Shown: piece by piece, positions 55,212 to 63,999 of the stretch
How the letters are laid out: the number at the start of each line of letters is the position of its first letter
Position numbering within the stretch: position 1 is the first letter of the stretch
Source: an uncultured Candidatus Saccharibacteria bacterium
GTDB taxonomy: Bacteria; Patescibacteriota; Doudnabacteria; UBA920
Assembly (NCBI GenBank): GCA_964512925.1
Contig: CAZEKH010000004.1
Span: 72,392 to 136,391, forward strand
Reading direction: 5' to 3'
Length of the DNA stretch: 64,000 bases
Program-made: the position numbers and the translations under genes
Notes under the pieces: model-generated
What the model saw: the letters and a program-made list of their open reading frames with translations, nothing else
What the model was told of the DNA's origin: nothing
The model's database searches: none

Positions 55212-55748
55212 ATGAAGTTTATAAAAGATTTACTTTTTTTTGAAATAAATACTACTGGACAGGATAGCGACAAAGACAGCATACTGCAGCTGTCTGCTGT
55301 TTTGCTGGATAAGGATAATTTGCTGGAAAAATCCGTTTTTAATTCTTATGTCAGAGTTAGTTATATGGACAATGTAATGGCTCAGCATGCCAAGCTCCTT
55401 TCTGTCCGGGTAGAAGAAATAAAAAAAGCCCAAAAGATTTATGAAGTTGTCAAATTGTTTCAAAAGAAATTTTCCACGCCCTTGCTTTTAGCGTCAAATT
55501 CTTCGGGCAACATCTTGTTTTTAAAAAACGCCTTTAAAAAGTCGGCTGTGCCGTTTGATTTTGATCCGCATATTTTGGACTTATGGACATTGGGCTATGT
55601 TTATACGCTCAATGCCGGGATGAAAAAGATGCCGGCTTTCAGCACTTTTGTGGACTATTTTAGGTTAAGACAAGAAAATCCGTTTAATGCTTTGGAAAAA
55701 GTCAGGCTGGGCGCTGAAATATTTAGAAGAATAGTTAAAGAAGTTTAG
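55212..55748 (+). CDS. DEDDh-fold exonuclease, catalytic residues degenerate
   Basis: FFEINTTG, GNILFL, FNALEK; paralog of the next gene. Confidence 0.8.
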   Translation: MKFIKDLLFFEINTTGQDSDKDSILQLSAVLLDKDNLLEKSVFNSYVRVSYMDNVMAQHAKLLSVRVEEIKKAQKIYEVVKLFQKKFSTPLLLASNSSGNILFLKNAFKKSAVPFDFDPHILDLWTLGYVYTLNAGMKKMPAFSTFVDYFRLRQENPFNALEKVRLGAEIFRRIVKEV

Positions 55749-55761
55749 ATTATTAATGATT

Positions 55762-55891
55762 GAATCTACGTACTTACTAAAAAAATTCAGATTGTCATTC
55801 CCGCGCAGGCGGGAATCTTGTTTAAACAATACAACTAAACTAATCAGTTTTTCGGCTCTTGGGCCGGAATGACAGCAAGTGCGTAAGTCCT
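55762..55891. mobile_element. Composite MITE/REP element
   Basis: Outer IR ctacgtactt/aagtgcgtaag; inner TGTCATTCC/GGAATGACA enclosing an ATTCCCGCGCAGGCGGGAAT palindrome. Confidence 0.6.
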
Positions 55892-55910
55892 AAAAATATT
55901 TAATAAATTT

Positions 55911-56471
55911 ATGAATTTTAACAAAGATATTTTACTTATTGACTTGGAGATGACGGGGTTGGATTTTAGAAACAATGAGATAATCCAGCTCTCAGCCATA
56001 CTTTTGGATAAAAAAACTTTGAAAGAAAAAGCTTGGTTTAACTCTTATGTCAAACCCCGAAACTGGAAAAGTCGTGATCCGGAGTCGATGAAAATCAACG
56101 GGCTTAAATGGGAGATTTTAAAAGAAGCTGCTGATCTAAAACCAGTTTTGGTTTCCTTCATAAAAAAATTCAAGCCTAACCAGGTTATACTCGCTAACTA
56201 TGGCGGGATAATGGACATAACTTTTTTACAAGAAGCTTTTAAAAAAAGTAAGATGAAATGGCCTTTTGATTACCATATATTCAACCTTTGGCCGGTATTT
56301 TTTCAGTATTTGGCGCAAAAAAACCAACTAAGAAACAGTAAAAAATTTACTGGTTTTACTTTGGAAGATTTGATGAAAAGATTTGGCATTAGTTCAGAAA
56401 ACCGCCACGACGGTCTCTCCGACTGCCGCGTAGAGGCTGAAGTGCTGAGGAGAATAGTAAAATCCAAATAA
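55911..56471 (+). CDS. DEDDh 3'-5' exonuclease
   Basis: IDLEMTG, MDITFL, HDGLSD. Confidence 0.9.
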   Translation: MNFNKDILLIDLEMTGLDFRNNEIIQLSAILLDKKTLKEKAWFNSYVKPRNWKSRDPESMKINGLKWEILKEAADLKPVLVSFIKKFKPNQVILANYGGIMDITFLQEAFKKSKMKWPFDYHIFNLWPVFFQYLAQKNQLRNSKKFTGFTLEDLMKRFGISSENRHDGLSDCRVEAEVLRRIVKSK

Positions 56472-56534
56472 ATTCCCTTTTAAGTGATAAAAAAACGTGG
56501 TGGATAAATAAAGTTTTAAATATATAGAAACATA

Positions 56535-56570
56535 ACCTCTCTCTAACTCTCTCCAAGTATTGGAGAGAGA
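56535..56570. repeat. REP-like palindrome (CCTCTC/GGAGAG family)
   Basis: acctctctctaactctctccaagtattggagagaga. Confidence 0.6.
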
Positions 56571-56577
56571 AACTATA

Positions 56578-57522
56578 ATGAAATCTATGAGAATTGTTTT
56601 TTTTGGCACATCAAATGTGGCTTTACCGGTTTTGGAAAATCTTTCCCGCCAGCACGAGATTGTTGCTGTGGTAACCAGGCCGGACGCAAAAGTCGGCAGG
56701 AGCCAGGAACTTTCCGAAAGCCCTGTTTCGGTTTTGGCCAATGAGATGAAAATCAAAGTTCTAAAACCTGAGATGGTAAAAAATAACAATATTTTCAGGC
56801 TGGAACTTCAGGATTTAAACGCTGATATTTTTGTCGTGGTTTCTTATGGGCATATTTTGCCTTTGGAAATAATCAATATACCGAGGCTAAAAACTTTGAA
56901 TGTGCATTTTTCTTTGCTTCCCAAATACCGCGGCGCCTCCCCTATTCAGGCCGCGCTTTTAAACGGAGAGACCGAAACAGGCACCAGCATATTTATTTTA
57001 GACGAAAAGATGGACAGAGGACCCATCCTCAGGCAGGAAAAAATCGCCATTGATCCAGACGACAACTTTTTGTCTTTGTCGGAAAAGCTGGCTGCCCTTT
57101 CGGGAAAAATAATTGTTGACACTATTTATCACTACGACAACGGCGATATTAAACCAATTTTTCAGGACGAAAATTCGGCCACCTATTGTAAGACCTTATC
57201 CAAAGCCGATGGCAAGATAGACTGGTCAAAAACGGCTTTGGAAATCTATAACCAGTTTAGGGCATTTTTCCCTTGGCCAGGAGTTTGGACAGAGTGGAAT
57301 AAAAAGAAGGTTAAAGTGCTTGAATGCATTGCTACAAATCCAGATACTATTAAAGCCACAAATGCCTACGAATTTGGCCAGGTGCTGGAAAATGGAGCGG
57401 TGCTTTGCGGGCAAAATACATTTTTACAAATCAATTCGCTTCAGCTAGAGGGAAAAAAAGAAACAAAAATCGCTGACTTTTTAAACGGCTACTCGGATTT
57501 CGTAGGAAGCAAACTAAACTAA
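56578..57522 (+). CDS. fmt: Methionyl-tRNA formyltransferase
   Basis: IVFFGT, NVHFSLLPKYRGASPIQ, MDRG. Confidence 0.95.
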   Translation: MKSMRIVFFGTSNVALPVLENLSRQHEIVAVVTRPDAKVGRSQELSESPVSVLANEMKIKVLKPEMVKNNNIFRLELQDLNADIFVVVSYGHILPLEIINIPRLKTLNVHFSLLPKYRGASPIQAALLNGETETGTSIFILDEKMDRGPILRQEKIAIDPDDNFLSLSEKLAALSGKIIVDTIYHYDNGDIKPIFQDENSATYCKTLSKADGKIDWSKTALEIYNQFRAFFPWPGVWTEWNKKKVKVLECIATNPDTIKATNAYEFGQVLENGAVLCGQNTFLQINSLQLEGKKETKIADFLNGYSDFVGSKLN

Positions 57523-57528
57523 ATTAAA

Positions 57529-57557
57529 ACAATGTCAAGGGTGACCCTTGACATTGT
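57529..57557. repeat. Palindrome (REP-like or terminator)
   Basis: ACAATGTCAAGGGT-G-ACCCTTGACATTGT. Confidence 0.65.
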
Positions 57558-57582
57558 TGCTTTTTGATTTGTTTTTGATTTG

Positions 57583-57648
57583 CTAAAGACTAATCACTAA
57601 AGTCTAAATTCTAAGCACTAAAGACTAACCACTAAACTTTAAAGACTA
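57583..57648. repeat. 7-mer tandem array (CTAAnnn)
   Basis: ctaaaga ctaatca ctaaagt ctaaatt ctaagca ctaaaga ctaacca ctaaact ttaaaga. Confidence 0.8.
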
Positions 57649-58551
57649 TTTCAAATATCTATTTTTATTTGCGACGTGTTCTTCAAAAGTTTTTGAGTAA
57701 ACAGGCTCGCCTGAAGGCTGTTTATGCAGAAAATAGTAGTAATCGGTTTTTTTTGAGTTTAGAACCGCGTTTATGGAAGAAAGCGAGGGGCTACAGATAG
57801 GACCGGGAGGCAGGCCGGGGTTAAGGTAAGTGTTATAAGGCGATTTAATTTTTAAGTCCTCAAGTAGCGGAGCAGGGTCATTTTTTCCCGTTATGTAGTT
57901 GATGGTGGCGTCGGACTGAAGAGGTATTTTTGCTTTAAGCCTGTTTAAAAATATTCCCGCCACAATTTGTCTTTCTTCGTCTAACCGTAACTTGCTTTCC
58001 GGGGATACTGCGTTGCGGCCGGTTTCGTTTTCTACAACAGACGCCAATACCAAGACTTCATAGGGTGTATAGCCTATTGTTTGGGCCTTTTGTACCATTT
58101 CCGGACTGAATTTTTTATAGAAATTCGCCAGGGATTTGCTGATGATTTCCTCAGCGGTTTGTTTTTGGTTAAAGCTTTCGGGCTTAAAAATGCGGTAAGT
58201 GTCAGGATATAAAAACCCTTCCAAATCCGCGGTTTTGGGTTTTTGGTAGATGCTGAATTTGTCAGAAAGGTTGTAGGAGTCTTGTAAAACTAAAAAATCT
58301 TTTGCCGAAACAAGTTTTTCTTTTTCCAGATAGTTGGCAATATCTTTTATACCCCAGCCTTCGATAAGTGTTACGCTGACTTCTTCTTTTTTTAAATTCT
58401 TTGCCGCTTCAATGGCTTTCAGCCTGTCGGCTTTTTGTTTCTGATAGCGAAAAAAACCGCTGGCTAAAGCGGCTCCAAGAATTGCTATAAATATTATTAG
58501 AAATATATTTTTAAGTTTTGACATTTCTGAAATTTTGGCAATTATGTTCAA
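57646..58551 (-). CDS. mltG: Endolytic transglycosylase MltG (YceG)
   Basis: LEGFLYPDTY, LASVVENE, LQSDAT, SPYNTY, GLPPGPI. Confidence 0.93.
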   Translation of the reverse strand: MNIIAKISEMSKLKNIFLIIFIAILGAALASGFFRYQKQKADRLKAIEAAKNLKKEEVSVTLIEGWGIKDIANYLEKEKLVSAKDFLVLQDSYNLSDKFSIYQKPKTADLEGFLYPDTYRIFKPESFNQKQTAEEIISKSLANFYKKFSPEMVQKAQTIGYTPYEVLVLASVVENETGRNAVSPESKLRLDEERQIVAGIFLNRLKAKIPLQSDATINYITGKNDPAPLLEDLKIKSPYNTYLNPGLPPGPICSPSLSSINAVLNSKKTDYYYFLHKQPSGEPVYSKTFEEHVANKNRYLK

Positions 58552-58557
58552 TTTTAT

Positions 58558-59001
58558 TTAATTTTGCGCAATTATTTTGACCCACACTTCCCTGTTTCTG
58601 CCGCCGTCCAGCTCTACGAAAAATACGGTTTGTTTTGCTCCTAACAAAATATCGCCTTTTTCAATGATCAAATTTTCCGAGTTTCCCAGTAAAAACGCTT
58701 TGACGTGGGCGTGGCCGTTGGAGCGCTCGTTGACCGCCACATTTAGCCTGACTTCAAACAAGTCGTGACTGTAACTGGTATCCAGCGGCACTGTGCGGTA
58801 TAACATCTTCATAAAATCCTGAACCAGCAAAGTTTCGTTGTTGTTGATGCGGATAGCTCCGGTGGTATGCGGACAAAAAACCGTTACAATCCCCTCTTTC
58901 ACCCCGCTGTCTATAACAAATTTGCGGATATGGTTGGTTATATCCACCATCTCAAACTGCTTTTTGGTTTCAAGAAAGATTTTATTTACTGGTTTGCTCA
59001 T
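58558..59001 (-). CDS. yjbQ: YjbQ / UPF0047 family protein
   Basis: PHTT, NGHAHVK, ELDG. Confidence 0.9.
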   Translation of the reverse strand: MSKPVNKIFLETKKQFEMVDITNHIRKFVIDSGVKEGIVTVFCPHTTGAIRINNNETLLVQDFMKMLYRTVPLDTSYSHDLFEVRLNVAVNERSNGHAHVKAFLLGNSENLIIEKGDILLGAKQTVFFVELDGGRNREVWVKIIAQN

Positions 59002-59029
59002 GATTATATTATATCATAAATAATAATAC

Positions 59030-59055
59030 AAAACCCCGCTTTATGGCGGGGTTTT
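59030..59055 (-). terminator. HU gene terminator
   Basis: AAAACCCCGC/GCGGGGTTTT. Confidence 0.8.
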
Positions 59056-59083
59056 ACAAATCTATTAAATAGTCAGCGGAATT

Positions 59084-59356
59084 TTACAGGATTGCGTCTT
59101 TGGCGGCTTTGAGAACGCGGAATTTGATAACGGTTTTAGCAGGGATTGAGATGCTTTCGCCGGTTGCTGGGTTTCGTCCCATTCTGGCCGGGCGGTGCTT
59201 TTTCAAAAGTTTGCCAAGTCCCGGGATGGTGAATTCGCCTTCTTTTTTGGTAACTGTGTAAGCCATATTGGCTAAAGCATCCATAAACTCACCAGCTTGT
59301 TTTCTGGTTACGCCAAGTTTTTCGGCGAGAGCTTGGAGCATTTCTGACTTTGTCAT
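59084..59356 (-). CDS. hup: Histone-like DNA-binding protein HU
   Basis: MTKSEM, ARMGRNPATGE. Confidence 0.95.
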   Translation of the reverse strand: MTKSEMLQALAEKLGVTRKQAGEFMDALANMAYTVTKKEGEFTIPGLGKLLKKHRPARMGRNPATGESISIPAKTVIKFRVLKAAKDAIL

Positions 59357-59555
59357 TTGTTTGTGTCCTTTTTACCCCTTATATTTGTTAAGGAGTATAA
59401 ATAATTTTTTTAACTTGTAATTTAATATTAACAGAAAACCCAATAAAATCAAGTGATTTTAAGAGAAAGTGAGAAAAATTTGCAATTTTTAGTTTTCAAT
59501 TTTCAAAAGACAATAATTTCAGCTTAAATATGAGAAAAAATATATAAAATATTTT

Positions 59556-60650
59556 TTAAAGTATTAGCATTCCATCGCCAAAAGAGAAGAAACGCATCTG
59601 TTTTTCCATAGCTTTTTGATAGATATCCAATAGTTTTTTTCTTCCAACCAATGCCGAAACCAACATCATTAGACTGCTTTTTGGCACGTGGAAATTGGTT
59701 ATAAGCCCGTCTATGAGTTTAAATTCATACGGCGGGTAGATAAACAAGTCGGTTGTACCAGAGAGTTTTTTTGTTTGGGCGTAGGATTCAAGAGTGCGAA
59801 GGCTGGTCGTGCCTACAGCAAAAATGGGACGTTTTTGTTTTTTAGCTTTTACGATGAATTCAATAGTTTTTGGGTCAATGAAATACTGTTCGGTATGTAG
59901 CTTGCCGGTTTTGAGTTGCTTTGGCGTTAATGGAGCAAAAGTTCCTAGCGATACGTCGAGGCGGACAAACTTTATGACTATCCCCTGCTTTTTCAAGTCG
60001 GTTAAAAGTTTTTTTGTAAAATGCAAAGAAGCGGTGGGGGCGGCTACGGACTCTCCAGTTTTGGCAAAAACAGTTTGGTACGCTTTCTGTTTTTGTTTTT
60101 CAGTCAAAGGTGAATGCTTAATATACGGAGGCAATGGTGTTTGGCCGTATTTTTTCAGGATTTGCGGGAATTGTTTTATGTCAAAATTAGGTTTTAAAAA
60201 ATAAGTTCCCCCGTCTTTTTTAACGACTGTCAATGACAAAATTTTACGGCTTTTTGAGCTTTTGATTGGAATAGTTAGGATAGAATTTAAAGTAAGTTTT
60301 TTGTTTGAAAGAGCTTTGATCATACCTCCCCTAACCCCAGCCCGACGAGTTCGTTCTGGCGGGCCTCCTTGATAAGGAGGGGAAAATAAAATGGTACCTA
60401 AATACAATAGCTCCACTTTTCCGCCGGTTGGTTTTAAAACAGGCAAACGGGCTGGTAAAACTCTGGTTTGATTGAACACTAAAATCGCGTTTTTCGGCAG
60501 ATATTTTCCAAGATTTTTAAAAATGTCAAAAGATAGGGTTTCATTTTTGCGGTCATATACCAAAACCCTCGCGCTATCGCGAGGATGGGTCGGTTTTTGG
60601 GCTATGAGTTCTGGGGAAATTTCGTAATTAAAATCTTCTGTTTTTATCAT
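59556..60650 (-). CDS. queA: S-adenosylmethionine:tRNA ribosyltransferase-isomerase
   Basis: LIAQKP, PLPPYI, YQTVFA, AAPTASLHF, TNFH, FFSFGDGM. Confidence 0.95.
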   Translation of the reverse strand: MIKTEDFNYEISPELIAQKPTHPRDSARVLVYDRKNETLSFDIFKNLGKYLPKNAILVFNQTRVLPARLPVLKPTGGKVELLYLGTILFSPPYQGGPPERTRRAGVRGGMIKALSNKKLTLNSILTIPIKSSKSRKILSLTVVKKDGGTYFLKPNFDIKQFPQILKKYGQTPLPPYIKHSPLTEKQKQKAYQTVFAKTGESVAAPTASLHFTKKLLTDLKKQGIVIKFVRLDVSLGTFAPLTPKQLKTGKLHTEQYFIDPKTIEFIVKAKKQKRPIFAVGTTSLRTLESYAQTKKLSGTTDLFIYPPYEFKLIDGLITNFHVPKSSLMMLVSALVGRKKLLDIYQKAMEKQMRFFSFGDGMLIL

Positions 60651-60656
60651 ACAAGT

Positions 60657-61190
60657 TTAGTAGTCTTGTTGCTTGGAAAAATCCACATTTCTAATTTTTT
60701 GAATTGTAGTTTTTAGGTTTGAAATATAATCATTTATATTCACTTTGGATTGAGAAATATAGAGATTATATAAAATACTCTTAACTCTCAATGTTTGAGG
60801 ATGGTCAGGGTTTTGAGCATAAGAATTTAAAATTTGAAAAAAATCCGCCAAGAGTTTTTTTAGCTTATCGATTTGCTCATCTATATTTTTTGGTATAACT
60901 ACTCCTTGCTTTCTTTCAATGAAATCAATCCCAAGATTCTGACCTATAGCTGTTTGAATTGCTTGTTCTTCAGAAAATCGGCTGCTAGTTAAGGTTTTGT
61001 AGAATGTATTAAAAGCCGTTGCTTCAATTGAATTACCAGGCTGGTGTATAAAATTTGCGCAATTTAGTAGAAGTGTTTCAATCCTTGGTATTAGTCTTTC
61101 TAGTTCAAAAGCTAGCATTTCCAGTCTATTTTTGTTATTTTCAGGTTTGGAAAAAAATGATCTTAGTCTTTCAAAATTAGGTCTGAACAT
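60657..61190 (-). CDS. Hypothetical helical protein
   Basis: 177-aa AT-rich ORF tightly packed between co-oriented genes. Confidence 0.7.
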   Translation of the reverse strand: MFRPNFERLRSFFSKPENNKNRLEMLAFELERLIPRIETLLLNCANFIHQPGNSIEATAFNTFYKTLTSSRFSEEQAIQTAIGQNLGIDFIERKQGVVIPKNIDEQIDKLKKLLADFFQILNSYAQNPDHPQTLRVKSILYNLYISQSKVNINDYISNLKTTIQKIRNVDFSKQQDY

Positions 61191-61199
61191 ATGTTTATA

Positions 61200-62057
61200 T
61201 TAATGTAATATTATTTTTACTACTTCCACCAAGCCCCAAATAGCGAGGCCTAGGAAAGCTAAAGTGCCGAGAAAAGAAATCCAGGAGTTTTTTACAAGTT
61301 TGACTGTTTTAGCAGGGTTTAAAAAAAGAGCAATATTTAAAAGCGTATGAGCGCCTATAACTCCAATGCTAAATCCGAGCACATTGACTATGGAAAAGAG
61401 CGGCACATAGCCGGCAAAGTCGTCTAAACCCAGTATAAAAGGAACAGTAAAAGAAAAAAAGAGTAACTTTTTCCAAGGCAAGGCGGATGAGCCTTTCATC
61501 TTTTCTCCCAAATCCGGCAAAACCTTTGAAAGTATCGGCCTGATATATTTTAAAAGAGAGCTTAAAAACTTGTCTAAACCTAAAAATATATATTTTTTAA
61601 ACTTTCCTTCCGCTTGCCAATTGGAAAAATGTTCCAGTCCTGAGTAAGCTAGCTCAAAGAGCACCAAAGAAGCGATAAGAACCATTATTGCCAAAAGCCA
61701 TTCAATTTCTTTGAAAAATGTCCAAACTATCAAAATAATTGCCGTGCCGAGGGCGTTGCCCACGGCTGTGCCGATTTCTATGGCTACGCGATTTTTCCAG
61801 CCTGGGTTTGTTGCCATCAGCCTGCCCATAAAAATGGCAAAGTCTACGGCCGTTTTAAGATAAATGGTTCCGCCTATCAGGATATCGTACCAACGGATTT
61901 GTAAAAGAATATCCTGTCCCCGGGTAATCCCGTTTAAGCCTAAAACAGTTAAGGTTAAAAGCCCTGTTAATACAAAAAAAACCACCACTGTCATACTTAA
62001 TGGTATAACTTGGCTATACAGAAAAGGTTCGTTGGTTTTTTGGGCAGGGTTTTGCAT
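61200..62057 (-). CDS. Polytopic membrane protein (possibly CadD/LysE superfamily)
   Basis: Multiple TMs; LKTAVDFAIF and GLDDFAGYVPLF motifs. Confidence 0.7.
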   Translation of the reverse strand: MQNPAQKTNEPFLYSQVIPLSMTVVVFFVLTGLLTLTVLGLNGITRGQDILLQIRWYDILIGGTIYLKTAVDFAIFMGRLMATNPGWKNRVAIEIGTAVGNALGTAIILIVWTFFKEIEWLLAIMVLIASLVLFELAYSGLEHFSNWQAEGKFKKYIFLGLDKFLSSLLKYIRPILSKVLPDLGEKMKGSSALPWKKLLFFSFTVPFILGLDDFAGYVPLFSIVNVLGFSIGVIGAHTLLNIALFLNPAKTVKLVKNSWISFLGTLAFLGLAIWGLVEVVKIILH

Positions 62058-62065
62058 ATTGAGAT

Positions 62066-63229
62066 TTAAAAATATTTTTTATCTTTTAACTTCTCAGGCA
62101 GAAAGCTGGCGGATTGGTCATCGGAAGAACCATATCCCAGATCTTTCATCAGTTGGGTCGGGGCATTCCTTATATGAAGGGGTACGGGAAGATTGCTGAA
62201 ATTTTTGACGTCAGCCTGGGCTGCGCGAAGAGCGTCATAAGCAGAGCGGTCTTTTTTGCAGTTTGCCAGGTAAGCGGCGCCGTGGCTGAGGTTTATGGCG
62301 CATTCGGGGTAGCCGATTTTTTCACAGGCCGCAAAAACCGCAGTAGCAACCACCAAAGCAGTAGGCTGTGCCAGTCCGATGTCTTCTGAAGCAAATATTA
62401 CCATTCTTCTGGCGATAAATAAAGGGTCTTCGCCGGATTCCACCATTCTCGTCAGATAGTAGATTGCGGCATCTGTTTGTCCCGCGCGCATAGATTTGAT
62501 GAAAGCAGAAATAGTGTTGTAATGTTCTTCTCCGGCTTTGTCGTATCGCAAAGTTTTTGACTGTAAGGTTTGTTTGAGATTTTCAAGAGTGACAGACCCG
62601 TACAGGCTGATACAATTTTCCAACATTGACAAAACTTGCCTGGCATCCCCTCCTGACATTGACACTAGCCACTGTTTTTCACCCTCTCCGATATCGGAGA
62701 GGGTTGGGGTGAGGTTACGGATAGCATTATTTATTATTTCTCCAATTTCTTCCTCATTTAACTCATTTAGCACAAAAACCCTGCAGCGGGACAAAAGCGC
62801 GGGGATGACTTCAAAGCTCGGGTTTTCCGTGGTTGCGCCGATCGAAGTCAGCTCGCCAGACTCTACATAAGGCAAAAGGAAATCCTGCTGAGCTTTGTTA
62901 AAACGGTGGATTTCGTCCAGAAAAAGAATCTTGGGTGTATTGGACAGATAAGACTCATTGGACTTATAAGATTTATTTTCAATTATTTTCCTGATATCTT
63001 CTTTCCCAGCGCTGACTGCGGAGAGTTCAAAAAATTCAGCATTCAGTGCTTTTGCATATATCCTCGCCAGGGTGGTTTTGCCCACGCCCGGCGGTCCCCA
63101 CAGCAAAAAACTAAACAAATGTTTTTGTTCTATGGCTTTTCTTATGGGTCCGTCCTCCCCTACCAAATGCTTTTGACCAATATAATCTTCAAGGGTTTGG
63201 GGTCTGAGTTGTTGCGCTAGTGGCTGCAT
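62066..63229 (-). CDS. rarA: Replication-associated recombination protein A (RarA/MgsA)
   Basis: WGPPGVGKTT, DEIHRFNKAQQD, ATTENP, ISAFIKS, ASEDIG. Confidence 0.96.
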   Translation of the reverse strand: MQPLAQQLRPQTLEDYIGQKHLVGEDGPIRKAIEQKHLFSFLLWGPPGVGKTTLARIYAKALNAEFFELSAVSAGKEDIRKIIENKSYKSNESYLSNTPKILFLDEIHRFNKAQQDFLLPYVESGELTSIGATTENPSFEVIPALLSRCRVFVLNELNEEEIGEIINNAIRNLTPTLSDIGEGEKQWLVSMSGGDARQVLSMLENCISLYGSVTLENLKQTLQSKTLRYDKAGEEHYNTISAFIKSMRAGQTDAAIYYLTRMVESGEDPLFIARRMVIFASEDIGLAQPTALVVATAVFAACEKIGYPECAINLSHGAAYLANCKKDRSAYDALRAAQADVKNFSNLPVPLHIRNAPTQLMKDLGYGSSDDQSASFLPEKLKDKKYF

Positions 63230-63295
63230 ATATTTTAGTATAACAAAAAACCCGCATAGGTGTGTACCTGGGCGGGTTTAGGGTTTATGGTTGCA

Positions 63296-63679
63296 TTAGA
63301 ACCAGAAAGAAGAGATAAACATTGAGTGGATTATGAGCACGGCGCCAAGCAGCCCCATATTTTTCGCAAACTGAACTTGCTCCATCATTTTTTTAGTTGG
63401 GTCGGTTTCTTTCCAGAAAGCGTGCATCATAAAAGTTACTGGAACTAAAAACAAAACCAGCGCCAAAGTTCCTAAACGCACGTATTCACCGAGCAGGATG
63501 GAAGCTCCGCCTAGTAAGAGTAAAACACCGCTGGCTAAAACCGCCTGCTTTGGTTGAGGTACGCCTTTAAAGTGGGTATAACCTGACAAGCTTTCGAGGT
63601 TTGCAAAATGGTTGTAGGCGTTGTATAGAAAATATCCGCCCAGCAAAATTCTGCCTAGTAACATTATATCTGCTGACAT
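63296..63679 (-). CDS. DoxX family membrane protein
   Basis: GRILLGGYF, MHAFW, FAKNMGLLG. Confidence 0.9.
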   Translation of the reverse strand: MSADIMLLGRILLGGYFLYNAYNHFANLESLSGYTHFKGVPQPKQAVLASGVLLLLGGASILLGEYVRLGTLALVLFLVPVTFMMHAFWKETDPTKKMMEQVQFAKNMGLLGAVLIIHSMFISSFWF

Positions 63680-63744
63680 ATGTTGATTTGTTTCTTGTCT
63701 TTTTAAGACAGTTAGTTGATGTTAAATTTTTTTAGAAGTTGGCA

Positions 63745-63776
63745 TTTTACCCTCTCCTCGCCAGGAGAGGGTAAAA
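63745..63776. repeat. REP-like palindrome / terminator
   Basis: TTTTACCCTCTCCT-cgcc-AGGAGAGGGTAAAA. Confidence 0.65.
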
Positions 63777-63783
63777 ATTAAAG

Positions 63784-63999
63784 TTATATCTGGGTTAAGT
63801 CTATGGTTTGGTCTATGCGGATTTGGGAGACAAAATCCGGAATATGGGAAACCATAAGAAATGCGCCTTCGTAGGAGTCTAAAGCCTTAGCTATGACAGG
63901 CAAGTGGCGGAAGTTAATGTGGTTAGTGGGTTCGTCTAAAATCAAAAGTCCCGGTTTCATAAGTACCAGCCTGCAAAAAGCCAAAAGGCCTTTTTGACC
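63784..63999 (-). CDS. ABC-F family ATPase, C-terminal part (runs off the window end)
   Basis: GQKGLLAF, LLILDEPTNHI, VSH. Confidence 0.85.
   Translation of the reverse strand, partial: GQKGLLAFCRLVLMKPGLLILDEPTNHINFRHLPVIAKALDSYEGAFLMVSHIPDFVSQIRIDQTIDLTQI

Noticed and set aside
57583-57648. Tandem arrays as a CRISPR array
   Set aside because: 7-nt units without spacers; no cas genes
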